From contig JAPDJB010000174.1 in NCBI GenBank assembly GCA_029259285.1, positions 1 through 24,000 of the forward strand: 24,000 nt of DNA, in the 5' to 3' direction. Positions 17,116 to 24,000 of this stretch are shown here, in pieces (within the stretch, counting starts at the first letter, position 1; every line of letters begins with the position of its first letter). Position numbers and translations under genes: made by a program. Under the pieces are notes generated by a model. That model searched no databases, was not told the DNA's origin, and worked only from the letters and a program-made list of their open reading frames with translations. Source of the DNA: Candidatus Bathyarchaeota archaeon. Lineage in GTDB: Archaea; Thermoproteota; Bathyarchaeia; TCS64; B23.

Positions 17116-17715
17116 ATGACCCCTCAACGTGGATTCTTCATCGTCTTGGAGGGGATAGATGGCTGTGGGAAATCGACGCAGGGTAGGCTTCTGGCTGAGA
17201 GGTTGAGGGGGCTGGGCTATGAGGTTGTGGAGACCTGTGAGCCAAGCGATGGCCCGATTGGGCGATTGCTGAGGGAGCGGGGTGAGGAGGGATTCAGGTT
17301 TCCACCGGAGGTGGAGGCTCTACTCTACGCGGCTGATAGGCTTCACCACGTTGAGGAGATCGTTAAGCCGGCTTTGAGGGCTGGATTTATAGTGGTCTCA
17401 GAGCGCTATCTCCACTCCTCCATCGCCTATCAGGGGGCTGGAGGCGTCGACGTCGATTGGATTAGGATGCTGAACCGCCATGCCCCTAAGCCGGATCTCG
17501 TTGTGTTCCTCGACGTAAAGCCCGATACGGCCCTTGATAGGCTTCGGGGTAGACGTCTAACGGCCTATGAGGATTATGAGACTCAGAGGAGGGTGAGGGA
17601 GATATATCTGCGGCTCGTAGAGGCTGGGGAGCTGATCAGGGTTGACGCGGAGAGATCTGTGGGGGAAGTCCATGAGGAGCTCTTCAAACTCGTCGTGAAA
17701 TGTATCAGGCGTTGA
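17116..17715 (+). CDS. tmk: Thymidylate kinase
   Basis: 199-aa ORF with the P-loop FIVLEGIDGCGKSTQ and a DRLHH/SERY core typical of Tmk. Confidence 0.9.
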   Translation: MTPQRGFFIVLEGIDGCGKSTQGRLLAERLRGLGYEVVETCEPSDGPIGRLLRERGEEGFRFPPEVEALLYAADRLHHVEEIVKPALRAGFIVVSERYLHSSIAYQGAGGVDVDWIRMLNRHAPKPDLVVFLDVKPDTALDRLRGRRLTAYEDYETQRRVREIYLRLVEAGELIRVDAERSVGEVHEELFKLVVKCIRR

Positions 17716-17722
17716 GGAGACC

Positions 17723-18073
17723 CTATTTCTTCAGCCTCCTCAACCTCTGGAGTGAGGCTAGCAGCGTTGATATGGATTCAGCTATCTCCCTGATCCTCTC
17801 CGGCTCCTCCTCCTCTGAGAGGAGGTTGCTGAGGGTTGAGAGCTTCCTGAGAATGGCTCCCTCAAGGCTCTCCCATAGGAGCTCCCGCTGGACGACGGCT
17901 GCCTCGTCTTCGCCTTCCCTCAGGATGACGACCCGCCTCTGGCATCTGGCGCACCATATCTCCCCGCTCTTCAACCTGAATAGGGGCGATCCGCATTCGG
18001 GGCAGTTGTAGCTGAGCATCGTCGCCCCTGAGCGTAGGAGTTTAGCCATCTCCCTCGCCCAGTCGGATGACAA
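17723..18073 (-). CDS. UPF0148 / autoantigen-p27-like zinc-ribbon protein
   Basis: 116-aa ORF with GATMLSYNCPECGSPLFRLKSGEIWCARC followed by a helical acidic tail. The start is either the TTG at 18073 or the ATG at 18049. Confidence 0.7.
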   Translation of the reverse strand: MSSDWAREMAKLLRSGATMLSYNCPECGSPLFRLKSGEIWCARCQRRVVILREGEDEAAVVQRELLWESLEGAILRKLSTLSNLLSEEEEPERIREIAESISTLLASLQRLRRLKK

Positions 18074-18101
18074 CTCTCAGCCAACTCGATATGGTCTGAG
18101 A

Positions 18102-18112
18102 CCCTTTATAGG
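18102..18112 (-). promoter_or_regulatory. Candidate TATA box for the UPF0148 gene
   Basis: The minus strand reads CCTATAAAGGG about 30 nt upstream of the TTG at 18073. Confidence 0.4.
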
Positions 18113-18120
18113 TTTAGGGT

Positions 18121-18135
18121 TTGGAAAAAGGGGGG
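18121..18135 (-). terminator. Oligo-T terminator candidate after the aminotransferase gene
   Basis: The minus strand reads CCCCCCTTTTTCCAA immediately after the stop at 18136. Archaeal termination commonly uses T-tracts. Confidence 0.4.
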
Positions 18136-19302
18136 TTAGGCCCTATGCTCCTTGACGTAGGCCTCTATCCTGTTAGCTGCCTCCTTCAACACCTCTATCG
18201 GCTTGACGAGGGGTATTCGGACATGTCCCTCTCCCTGGGGGCCGAAGGCGGCTCCTGGCACTATGGCCACCCTCTTCTCCCTCATCAATCCCTCGCAGAA
18301 CTCAACGCTGGACTTTGAGACCTCTGAGATGTCTGGGAAGAGGTAGAAGGCCCCCTCAGGCTTGGGGCATTTGACGCCCTCTATCTCGTTTAGGCGTTTA
18401 ACGAGATACTCCCTCCGCCTATTATACTCCTCAGCCATCTTCTCTATCGGCTCCCATGGCCCCGTAAGGGCTGCGGCTCCGGCCACCTGGACGTGGGCCG
18501 CTGGGCAGAGAACCATGTTTCCCTGTATCTTCAGCATCTGCTCGACGAGGCCTCCAGGGGCGATGAGGTAGCCGAGCCTCCATCCCGTCATGGCGAAGGT
18601 CTTTGAGAAGCTGACCACCACGACGGTTCTCTCCCTCATTCCAGGTATGGAGGCTATGCTCACATATCTCCGGCCATCCCAGATGAACTCGCTGTAGATC
18701 TCATCTGAGATGACGAGGAGGTCATGCTCCTCGGCTAGGTCTGCCACCCCTTTAAGCTCCTCCTCGGTGAAGACCGTCCCCGTCGGGTTGTTCGGGGAGC
18801 AGAGGATGATTATCTTCGTCCTATCCGTTATCCTGGCCTTAACCTCCTCCAGGTCGAGGTGGAAGCCCTCGGCTTTGAGGGCGAATCTCACCGGTTTTCC
18901 GCCGAGGAATCTCACCGTTGGGACGTAGACGAGGTAGCTTGGATCGGGGATGAGAACCTCATCTCCAGGCTCAACGGTGGAGGCGAGGGTGAGATATAAT
19001 GCCTGCTGGCTTCCAGGGGTGACTATAACCTCCTTCTCGGCGTCGACGTCGACGCCGAACTTCTTATAGTAGGCCGCTATGGCCTCCCTGAGTTGGGGTA
19101 TGCCCTGAGTCGGCGTGTAGTGGGTCATCCCCTCCTTCAGGGCCTTGATGGCTGCCTCGACGATGTGGCTGGGCGTCGGGAAGTCTGGGTCTCCACCTGC
19201 GAGGACTATGACATCCTTCAGCATCATCAGGGCCGCCGCAAGTCTCCTAATCAGCGAGGGCTCCATCTCCCTGAGAATCTTCACCGCCCACCTCTCACTC
19301 AT
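18136..19302 (-). CDS. Class I/II pyridoxal-phosphate aminotransferase (aspartate aminotransferase-like)
   Basis: 388-aa ORF with the PLP-lysine motif SFSKTFAMTGWRLGY and NPNNPTG-type CSPNNPTGTVF. Confidence 0.9.
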   Translation of the reverse strand: MSERWAVKILREMEPSLIRRLAAALMMLKDVIVLAGGDPDFPTPSHIVEAAIKALKEGMTHYTPTQGIPQLREAIAAYYKKFGVDVDAEKEVIVTPGSQQALYLTLASTVEPGDEVLIPDPSYLVYVPTVRFLGGKPVRFALKAEGFHLDLEEVKARITDRTKIIILCSPNNPTGTVFTEEELKGVADLAEEHDLLVISDEIYSEFIWDGRRYVSIASIPGMRERTVVVVSFSKTFAMTGWRLGYLIAPGGLVEQMLKIQGNMVLCPAAHVQVAGAAALTGPWEPIEKMAEEYNRRREYLVKRLNEIEGVKCPKPEGAFYLFPDISEVSKSSVEFCEGLMREKRVAIVPGAAFGPQGEGHVRIPLVKPIEVLKEAANRIEAYVKEHRA

Positions 19303-19303
19303 G

Positions 19304-19324
19304 GGACTCCCTCAGATGGAGTCC
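19304..19324 (-). other. Perfect 7-bp stem-loop abutting the aminotransferase start codon
   Basis: GGACTCC (19304-19310) pairs with GGAGTCC (19318-19324) around a 7-nt loop. The structure ends 1 nt from the ATG at 19302 and fills most of the 33-nt spacer after the upstream gene. Confidence 0.4.
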
Positions 19325-19335
19325 TCGAGGCCCTA

Positions 19336-20211
19336 TTAAAGCTGTCGAGTTCTACTCCTCCAGAGGCTTAGCCTCCTCTCAGCCTCTGCTCTATGCTCCC
19401 TTATTATGGTTGGAAGCCTCCTCACCAGCTTGAGATTCTCCTCCACCCTCCCCCTATACAACTCTCCAAGCCTTGGGTGGAGCTCCTCCAGCAGCATGAG
19501 GCATCTCCTACCCCTGGAGACCGCCTCTGGACAGCTTGGGCTGCAGGGGAAGAAGTAGGAGACGAAGTAGGCCATGGCATCCGCCTCAGCCTCCTCCAGC
19601 TGTCTATAGGCCCTCTCCTCAACCTCTAAGCCCATGGATCTCTCCCTGGCGTATCGCTCCACGCAGCATTGAGGGTATCCGAGGAGTCCACCCATCTCCA
19701 CCACCCAATCGGCTTCCAGCTCCTCTGGGTATGCCAGATATATGCCGAGGCCTCTCGGCCTCTTCAGGGCCTCCCTCCTCAGCTTCTCCCTCCTATTCAT
19801 CAGCCTCCTCAGCCTCTTCTCGACGCCTCTCTCCCTGTATAGGTAGAGCTCCCTAACCGTCGGCCTCACCTCGTCTATACGCCATCTGAGGCCTAGGCGC
19901 TCAGCCCATTCTAAATGGGCTTTATACTCCTCCGAGTTCTCAACAACCTCTCTGTAGGCTCTCCGCATGGCCCTCTTCACATCCCCTATGGCGCCTCTAT
20001 CCCCCCTTCTAATCCTAAGGAGGGTTGGATAGACTCTCTCATCGATGATTCTCCCCATCTCCCCTCCACTCGGGAGTTCGGCGGGTATCGTTATCTGGGA
20101 GCAGGGTCTGACGCCGAGGTAGACGAGTAGATAGTCCTCCAGCTTCACGCCAAGCCTCAGCCTGTCATCCCCTAGGAGCTCCTCGATCTCCCCCTCATCT
20201 AACTCCTTCAC
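19336..20211 (-). CDS. Conserved Cys-rich hypothetical protein (possibly DUF483-like; unverified)
   Basis: 291-aa Arg/Glu-rich ORF with clustered cysteines LLGYPQCCVERY and FFPCSPSCPEA. Confidence 0.7.
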   Translation of the reverse strand: MKELDEGEIEELLGDDRLRLGVKLEDYLLVYLGVRPCSQITIPAELPSGGEMGRIIDERVYPTLLRIRRGDRGAIGDVKRAMRRAYREVVENSEEYKAHLEWAERLGLRWRIDEVRPTVRELYLYRERGVEKRLRRLMNRREKLRREALKRPRGLGIYLAYPEELEADWVVEMGGLLGYPQCCVERYARERSMGLEVEERAYRQLEEAEADAMAYFVSYFFPCSPSCPEAVSRGRRCLMLLEELHPRLGELYRGRVEENLKLVRRLPTIIREHRAEAERRLSLWRSRTRQL

Positions 20212-20247
20212 ATTTAGAGTGTCATCTAACTCCCTAATAGATGATGT

Positions 20248-20275
20248 GAAAACAAAGGGGGGTTTTTCAGGCCCT
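20248..20275 (-). terminator. T-tract terminator candidate at the end of the membrane operon
   Basis: The minus strand after the stop at 20276 reads AGGGCCTGAAAAACCCCCCTTTGTTTTC. The TTTGTTTT tract lies 20-27 nt past the stop (plus-strand 20249-20256). Confidence 0.4.
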
Positions 20276-20926
20276 TTACATGGGTGCTATCCTTAGGACT
20301 TGGAGGAAGAACTGCGCCCTGCCGGAGAGCATCGCCATCCTGAAGAGGACGGTGTTGCCGAAGTAGGCTCCCAGGCCGATCATGATGATCCAGCGTCCAA
20401 GCCTCGTCGCATAGCCCATTGCACCCCTATGCTCCCATGTCAGGACGAAGTACATGACGGCGCAGATGGTTCCTATGGCTATGTAGATGTAGTTCCACCA
20501 GTCAACCGCCCCAGCGCCGACGGCTGGCGGGGTGATCGTCGAGATCACCTGTTTGGTGATGTTCGGTATGAGGACTCCCCTCATACCCAGGCCGAAGCCG
20601 GCTCCGACTAGGATGGCGATTGGATACCTGCTGAGCCACCTATACCTCGGCGTCAATAGGAAGAACATCATGAAGCCGAGGATGACCGGTATGACATACC
20701 AGACCTTCCCCTGCATTAAAGGCGGCCCCACCATCCTTATCGTCGTCGTAATCGTCGTCGTGATGAGCATGATGGCCAGCATCAATCCGATGTAGGTGTG
20801 CTCAGCGAACCTATAGACCGGATTTTCCTTGTACAGCGGGTAGCTGTAGATCATCAGCATCAGCAGCCATGAGATCCATAGGCCGGCGATTCCAGCTGGA
20901 TCGGTTGGGTAGGGCATCCACCTCAC
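20276..20926 (-). CDS. Polytopic membrane protein (about 6 TM), operon gene 4, unknown function
   Basis: 216-aa ORF with six hydrophobic segments. The track start is a GTG overlapping the upstream stop. The ATG at 20917 (MPYPTDP), preceded by GGAGGTGAGG, is more likely. The C-terminal LGRWIIM...FRMAMLSGRAQFF resembles gene 2. Confidence 0.8.
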   Translation of the reverse strand: MRWMPYPTDPAGIAGLWISWLLMLMIYSYPLYKENPVYRFAEHTYIGLMLAIMLITTTITTTIRMVGPPLMQGKVWYVIPVILGFMMFFLLTPRYRWLSRYPIAILVGAGFGLGMRGVLIPNITKQVISTITPPAVGAGAVDWWNYIYIAIGTICAVMYFVLTWEHRGAMGYATRLGRWIIMIGLGAYFGNTVLFRMAMLSGRAQFFLQVLRIAPM

Positions 20927-21765
20927 CTCCTCTTACCCCTGCTGGCGAAGTAGCCGATGTTCGCCAGCACTACGGCTATGATGACGAGTATGTGGGAGAT
21001 GTTGATGGCTCCCATCCTGATGGTTGCCTCACCAGGCTCTCCGATGAGCTTCTCCAATTCAGCTCCACCCCTGACTCCGACGCTCATGCCGAAGAGGACT
21101 CCGGACTTGTAGAAGGGCATGTAGCTGGAGCCCAGCATCGCGATCCCTATCTCGGCGACTGGAACCCCATAGGGGATGCGCCACTGCCTTATGTAGTAGT
21201 CACAGCAGTCGCCGGTGTCCCCCGAAACGACCAACTTGATGTCCGTAGCCTTGTCGACGTTCTTCATCATCGGAAGCTCGTCCAGCGGTGTGCCATATTT
21301 GTCGGTGGAGAAGATGCTCCTGATAGATGAGCCCAGCTGGGCAACAGACGCCTCCATGTTGGGGTAGTAGCCGAGGTAGACGTAGTCCTCGCCGTATTTC
21401 AGCTTGGCGAAGTCTTCCTTGGCCCTCCTCAGCAGCTCCTCGTAGGTCAAGTCGACGTCGTAGTAGGAGCCCCAAATGATGATCTTGGCGCCCTCCCTGA
21501 TGAAGAGCTTGGCGCAGGAGACGAAAGCCGGCATACATTCGGGCCAAGCGCTGACCCCGAAGGCTATGTTCATCACAACTACGTCTCCAGGCTCCACCAT
21601 CTCCTTTATGCCCTCATAGAGGTCTCTGGTGGATGGGCTGATGCTGATGGGGAACATGATGGGCCTGATGAAGGGTATCATGAGGCCGATGAATAGTATC
21701 CAGTAGAAGACCCTGCGGTCGATCCTAGCCAGCTTCTCCCAGAAGGTGAGCTCCTCCTCACTCAT
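20923..21765 (-). CDS. Bitopic membrane protein (N- and C-terminal TM flanking a ~200-aa soluble domain), operon gene 3, unknown function
   Basis: 280-aa ORF. TM segments are VFYWILFIGLMIPFI near the N-terminus and ISHILVIIAVVLANIGYF near the C-terminus. It has an ATGA start/stop overlap with gene 2. Confidence 0.8.
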   Translation of the reverse strand: MSEEELTFWEKLARIDRRVFYWILFIGLMIPFIRPIMFPISISPSTRDLYEGIKEMVEPGDVVVMNIAFGVSAWPECMPAFVSCAKLFIREGAKIIIWGSYYDVDLTYEELLRRAKEDFAKLKYGEDYVYLGYYPNMEASVAQLGSSIRSIFSTDKYGTPLDELPMMKNVDKATDIKLVVSGDTGDCCDYYIRQWRIPYGVPVAEIGIAMLGSSYMPFYKSGVLFGMSVGVRGGAELEKLIGEPGEATIRMGAINISHILVIIAVVLANIGYFASRGKRR

Positions 21766-22424
21766 TCACCAGCCACCTCCCCATAGAAGCCCCTCTCCCT
21801 GCCCAGCAGCGCCCTGAAGCCGTAGGCGAGCATTCCGAAGGCTGCGACGATTAGGAAGCATCTCATACCAGGCACCTGACCATAGTCGAGGAACCATCGT
21901 CCTATCACCGGTATGCCGCTCCAGATTACTCCCCCTATAGGGGCGTTGGTTAGGATGACGAAGCAGCCTGCGATGAGCAGCAGGGCCGCATCGATGTTCC
22001 TAGCCCTGAAGGCCCTGTAGGCGGCGGAGAAGATGTAGAATCCCGTGATGGCGTATAGGGTTTGACCCAGGCTTGTGTAGGGCCACGTGAAGAGCCAGTT
22101 GTAGAGGGGGTTAGTCATGGCATCCTGCTTTATGACATAGCCAGCGAGGCCGCTGAGGAGTGTGACGAGGAAGATGATCCATAGCCAAATGCTGAAGGGC
22201 CATACCCCAGCCCTCCTCCTCTGGATGTTCTTCGCATGCTCAGACAGCAGCCTTACGGCTCCCAATGCGATGGAGATGTTCGCGATGATGGTGGCCCAGG
22301 TTCGAAGCTCCTCAGCGACATTCCAGGTTCCGATGAAGAAGAACTCTATGAACATCAGTATGGTGATTATGGCGGTTATGAGGTATACAACCTCCCTCCT
22401 CAAAACCTCAGCCATATTCACCAC
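21762..22424 (-). CDS. Polytopic membrane protein (about 6 TM), operon gene 2, unknown function
   Basis: 220-aa ORF with six hydrophobic segments. The track start is the GTG at 22424. The ATG at 22415 sits 2 nt after the gene 1 stop and is preceded by GAGGTGGTGA. Confidence 0.8.
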   Translation of the reverse strand: MVNMAEVLRREVVYLITAIITILMFIEFFFIGTWNVAEELRTWATIIANISIALGAVRLLSEHAKNIQRRRAGVWPFSIWLWIIFLVTLLSGLAGYVIKQDAMTNPLYNWLFTWPYTSLGQTLYAITGFYIFSAAYRAFRARNIDAALLLIAGCFVILTNAPIGGVIWSGIPVIGRWFLDYGQVPGMRCFLIVAAFGMLAYGFRALLGRERGFYGEVAGE

Positions 22425-23227
22425 CTCAAAACGTTTATCAGCGCTGGACTCCTGGCGAAGCCGAGTAGGAAGCCGATGATCATCAAGGCGATCAATATGA
22501 GCTTCATTACGTCCTCACCCCTCAGACAGCCGAGGATGTCTGGATCCTTGCTTATGGAGGCTCCAGCGGCGTATAGCTCCTCGGCCAGCAGGACGTAGTC
22601 GCAGGTGGCGACGAGGAAGGGCATCTGGTGGGTGTTGGCGGTTCCACCGATCTGGAAGGCTCCGATGGTGTTGCCGCCCTCACCCATTACGACGGACTCG
22701 TAGTAGAAGCCTCCTATCAGGAAGTTTGTTGCAGGCCTCTCCCTCTGGAAGTAGCCGAGGACTGCTGTCAGGTATGGTGACTGGCCGGCGATGAAGTGTA
22801 TCATATCGGGGGAGAACTCCTCAGGCTTCCCCTCAGCCATGTAGGCTGTTCGAAGAGTCTCCTCGGTGAGGGGGAGCGCCGTCGGGATGGGCATGAAGAC
22901 GTCGAGCTTCACACCCGTCTTGGCGCACTCCCTCGCAATGTAGCCGAGGATGCTTATAGCTGCCAGAACCTGTGGACCCTGCGTAGGGTCGTTTAGGTCT
23001 CCAGCGATGCCAGGTGTGAACATAACCGGCCTACCCATCTCAGCGGCCCTGCCGATCCCCTCCGGTATGGCGGCCATGGGTGGCAGCGTTCTAACCGGAA
23101 TCTCCCTCCCCTTTCTCCCGAGGTACATGAAGACGTAGAAGAGTATGTAGGAGAGCAGCAGTATTACGAGGGCCATCCCTCTCCCTTCAACGATGATGGC
23201 CATATTCTCTTCCTCCTTTTTCACCAT
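22418..23227 (-). CDS. Bitopic membrane protein (N- and C-terminal TM flanking a soluble domain), operon gene 1, unknown function
   Basis: 269-aa ORF with TM segments ALVILLLSYILFYVFMYL and LILIALMIIGFLLGF. The alternative ATG at 23203 is preceded by GGAGG at about 8 nt. Confidence 0.8.
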   Translation of the reverse strand: MVKKEEENMAIIVEGRGMALVILLLSYILFYVFMYLGRKGREIPVRTLPPMAAIPEGIGRAAEMGRPVMFTPGIAGDLNDPTQGPQVLAAISILGYIARECAKTGVKLDVFMPIPTALPLTEETLRTAYMAEGKPEEFSPDMIHFIAGQSPYLTAVLGYFQRERPATNFLIGGFYYESVVMGEGGNTIGAFQIGGTANTHQMPFLVATCDYVLLAEELYAAGASISKDPDILGCLRGEDVMKLILIALMIIGFLLGFARSPALINVLRW

Positions 23228-23250
23228 CTAGGGGCCTTGAGACCCCTAGA
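23227..23250 (-). other. 8-bp stem-loop overlapping the first base of the operon start codon
   Basis: On the plus strand, tCTAGGGG (23227-23234) pairs with CCCCTAGa (23243-23250) around an 8-nt loop. In the minus-sense RNA the stem ends at the A of the AUG at 23227. Confidence 0.45.
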
Positions 23251-23252
23251 CA

Positions 23253-23290
23253 GCTAATATAGATGAATTTACCATTATATATTTAAGTTT
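23253..23290 (-). promoter_or_regulatory. AT-rich promoter region with TATA-box candidates for the membrane operon
   Basis: The minus strand reads AAACTTAAATATATAATGGTAAATTCATCTATATTAGC, giving two TATA-like elements 25-55 nt upstream of the ATG at 23227. This is the only strongly AT-rich stretch in an otherwise GC-rich window. Confidence 0.5.
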
Positions 23291-23342
23291 TCCAAGGAAC
23301 TTCTTTCACCTATAAAATTAGGTAATGAGAGGGGAGATACAT

Positions 23343-24000
23343 CTACTCCTCGATGATCTCCACATTAGCCCTCGGCACGGTAACTATTCTGCCATCCTCA
23401 AGCTCCACCTCTAGAACCCTCACATAGGATTCCGTCTCCACCTGCTGTAGATCTATTGGCAGGCTGTGCACTCGGCCTATAGCCCCGAAGTAGGGAGCCC
23501 TGATGATGCGCACTGGGGTTCCTGGAACCATGCCCGCGGCCAGTTCGTCTCCACCCTCCTCCTCGTAGAACTCGCTGTGTGGTATGATGACTTCAGGCCT
23601 CATGACGCCAGCCCTAATCTGGGTTGCACCGTTGGCTGCAGCCCTGTAGCCCTCGAAGCTCTTGAAGAGGTTGAAGGCCCTACGGCTCATCCGCAGCTTG
23701 CCGAAGCCCTCGGTGATTATCAGCGTAAGCCCCACCTCCTCGTGTCCCGTGATGGCTACTCCGATCTCCTCGCTCATGAACTCTGTTAGGTCTCTATGCC
23801 TAATGCCCCCAGCGACGATGCAGGAGACTCCGACCTCCACGCCTCTTTTTAAGGCGTCCAGGGTTACTAGGGAGCCTCCTATGAGTATCGCCCCCTCGTC
23901 ATCATCCGATATATGGTCTGCGGTGAGCTCCTCATCTGGTGAGTCGACGGCTATCTTTATGACTCCATGGGTTTCACCTCCTATGCCGAAGATTCCCTGT
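23343..24000 (-). CDS. Hypothetical protein with KOW/SH3-like C-terminal segment, N-terminus beyond window edge
   Basis: The frame stays open upstream of the track GTG at 23840. My own translation reads ...QGIFGIGGETHGVIKIAVDSPDEELTADHISDDDEGAILIGGSLVTLDALKRGVEVGVSCIVAGGIRHRDL.... The C-terminal GTPVRIIRAPYFGAIGRVHSL resembles a KOW motif. I do not recognise the family. Confidence 0.7.
   Translation of the reverse strand, partial: QGIFGIGGETHGVIKIAVDSPDEELTADHISDDDEGAILIGGSLVTLDALKRGVEVGVSCIVAGGIRHRDLTEFMSEEIGVAITGHEEVGLTLIITEGFGKLRMSRRAFNLFKSFEGYRAAANGATQIRAGVMRPEVIIPHSEFYEEEGGDELAAGMVPGTPVRIIRAPYFGAIGRVHSLPIDLQQVETESYVRVLEVELEDGRIVTVPRANVEIIEE

Noticed and set aside
20221-20275. A possible C/D box sRNA, with AGATGATGTGA resembling a C box on the plus strand and CTGA on the minus strand.
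   Set aside because: The C-like and D-like boxes are on opposite strands and there is no terminal stem or C'/D' pair. The spacer is better explained as a T-tract terminator plus a TATA element for the next gene.
20736-20765. A tandem 11-12-bp direct repeat (ATCGTCGTCGT twice) inside operon gene 4, encoding ITTTITTTI.
   Set aside because: It is a short in-frame codon repeat within a hydrophobic segment. It is too short to call a repeat element and is probably just a local duplication.
21200-21547. A 115-aa same-strand alternative-frame ORF inside operon gene 3, plus plus-strand ORFs at 20300-21330 and 22162-22598.
   Set aside because: Their composition is Arg/Gly/Leu-rich and typical of off-frame translation. 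The main frames show coherent TM and soluble domain organisation and coupled junctions.
1-24000. A search for CRISPR arrays, tRNA/rRNA genes, transposases, integrases and long direct or inverted repeats.
   Set aside because: Intergenic space is almost entirely under 120 bp. By eye I found no repeat-spacer periodicity, no cloverleaf-compatible segments and no recognisable mobile-element proteins.

Overview
The window is a GC-rich, densely packed archaeal chromosomal segment with no rRNA, tRNA, CRISPR array or mobile element that I could recognise. Archaeal origin is supported by RpoL/RpoF, L10e/L21e, aIF5A with deoxyhypusine synthase, Dph2, exosome Csl4 and an AglB carrying WWDYG. Positions 1-7484 form a co-directional minus-strand block of information-processing genes: DUF99, rpoL, csl4, a METTL5-like methyltransferase, dph2, L10e, DUF655, rpoF, L21e, srp54, deoxyhypusine synthase and aIF5A. 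The middle carries aglB, a COG3199 NAD-kinase-like gene, alaX and a metallophosphoesterase. It also holds a translationally coupled plus-strand operon at 12569-15801: a 108-aa unknown ORF, a UbiD-family decarboxylase, and the AcnX large and small subunits. This matches the dehydratase and decarboxylase steps of the archaeal trans-anhydromevalonate-phosphate mevalonate pathway. Next come an HD-domain (SAMHD1-like) phosphohydrolase, tmk, a UPF0148 zinc ribbon, a class-I aminotransferase and a Cys-rich hypothetical. The most interesting region is 20276-23227 on the minus strand. It is a tightly coupled four-gene operon of uncharacterised membrane proteins alternating bitopic and 6-TM architectures, which by eye looks like a duplicated two-gene module. 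It sits behind the only strongly AT-rich spacer in the window, and that spacer has a hairpin abutting the start codon. An unrecognised KOW-like protein lies upstream. All family assignments come from motif recognition by eye; no database search was run. Many ORF-track starts are TTG or GTG, so start coordinates are approximate.
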